DNA from: Octopus bimaculoides | Taxonomy: Eukaryota | Assembly: GCF_001194135.2 (NCBI RefSeq) | Contig: NC_068984.1 | Location: 145,380,711-145,415,861, forward strand | Direction: 5' to 3' | DNA: 35,151 bases | Part shown: positions 33,928 to 35,151 of the stretch, in pieces | Layout of the letters: every line of letters starts with the position of its first letter | How positions within the stretch are numbered: position 1 is the first letter of the stretch | Made by a program: the position numbers and the translations under genes | Notes under the pieces: generated by a model | The model's input: only the letters and a program-made list of their open reading frames with translations | The model's database searches: none | What the model was told of the DNA's origin: nothing

Positions 33928-35151
33928 CTGAAACAAGAAACAAAATGTGAATTAGAATGTATGTAAACACACACACACACACACACACACAAGTAAATAC
34001 CGTGTGTGTTTGTGTAAGTTGCATTTGGGCTAAACCTTGATGTGTGTTTATTACAAATGAGTTGATTATTGGCTGGAATTTTCAGTTGTGGTCAATGGAA
34101 TTGCAGAGACGGTCACTTATTGAAGACTCCTTGTAGACTGTGACAATCTACAAGGAATCTTTGATAAGATAAGTGATGCTGTTCTTTTAATTAATACTAT
34201 TAAACATCCGTATTCATTTATTAGTTAATAACTATTTTCTATATATTTTCCAATTCTTAATCCACAGAAAATATTTCTTCATTATACGAATTATGCCTTT
34301 AACATGACAAATGACTTTTATTGTAAAACCTTGACATTTTATCTATTGTACTAATAATTGCTTTCCTAAAGGTACAGATATTTCTACTTTTTCCTATTTT
34401 ATTTTCATTCTTAAATATTAGAATAGGTTCTTTGAATTTTTTGAATTTTCAAGACTTGATGAGTGTCCTCTTTTCAAGTGGAACTTATCTTGATCGACTT
34501 ATTGTAAATTGCACAGATCTTTTCCACAATTATTTGGCCACGAAACACGCATAGTCTATTATACACTTTCTTTTTTATAAATTTACTGAATTGAATTAAA
34601 TTTTTAATCTAATATTTTATAGTTTTTATGGATTATAACTTTTCTTTTAGACTTTATAGTTTTTAAATCAGTATTTTAAAGATAAGTTTTTTCTTGATGG
34701 TGTCTCATCTCCTTCATTGTTTGAATTGCATCTTGGTGGTTCTTCTCCAAATTATTAATATTCTTATTCTATCAGAAAAATATGGAGAAGTACTGTTTTG
34801 ACTTTGCTAAAGATTTTCTACTATTTGAAAATAATATGTATTCTTGTTTTTTATATTATTCATTTGGTTTTTTAAAGATTATTTTTAATAGATAACTTAT
34901 TTAACACTAAATTATTTAGAAGTTATAGTTTCATTTCAACATAATATTAGAACTTCGATTTGAATAGTGTTGATATATTTTAGATTATTTTTGATTAATA
35001 ATATTTGATTAATAATTAGTCTTTATTGTTTATAATATCGTTAAAGATATTTTTTTTTAAACTTAGTATATATATATAAAGTTTAATCTTTTATTCTTTA
35101 GAATTTTTTTCATTCTTAATTTTTTCATTCATAATTTTTTCATTCATATTT

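Noticed and set aside
34200-35151. Very AT-rich stretch with LINE-like peptide fragments on the minus strand (GEEPPRC...)
   Set aside because: Too many stops and too little motif to support a call; no COLGALT exon was recognized here.

Overview
AT-rich, microsatellite- and SINE-dense animal genomic DNA with five assembly gaps. The repeat landscape resembles octopus, which is an inference. Two spliced minus-strand genes can be reconstructed. (1) The 3' seven coding exons of a procollagen galactosyltransferase (COLGALT/GLT25D, GT25; 33927 to 27481, ending in KVEL*). (2) The 5' part of a beta-hexosaminidase (HEXA/HEXB-type GH20), with confident exons at 9061-8782, 5168-5103, 3984-3938 and 1985-1875 and a candidate signal-peptide exon near 9.4-9.7 kb; the catalytic exons lie beyond position 1. 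HEX introns hold a decayed Tc1/mariner transposase and a ~1.5 kb decayed DDE transposase that looks Sola3-like and has a Cys-rich N-terminus. The ~18 kb intergenic interval holds several SINE families, LINE 3' fragments, a hAT MITE and minisatellites. CpG content drops sharply near 17-18 kb. I found no convincing novel multi-gene system. The best leads are the Sola3-like fossil, the unresolved HEX first exon and the CpG step.
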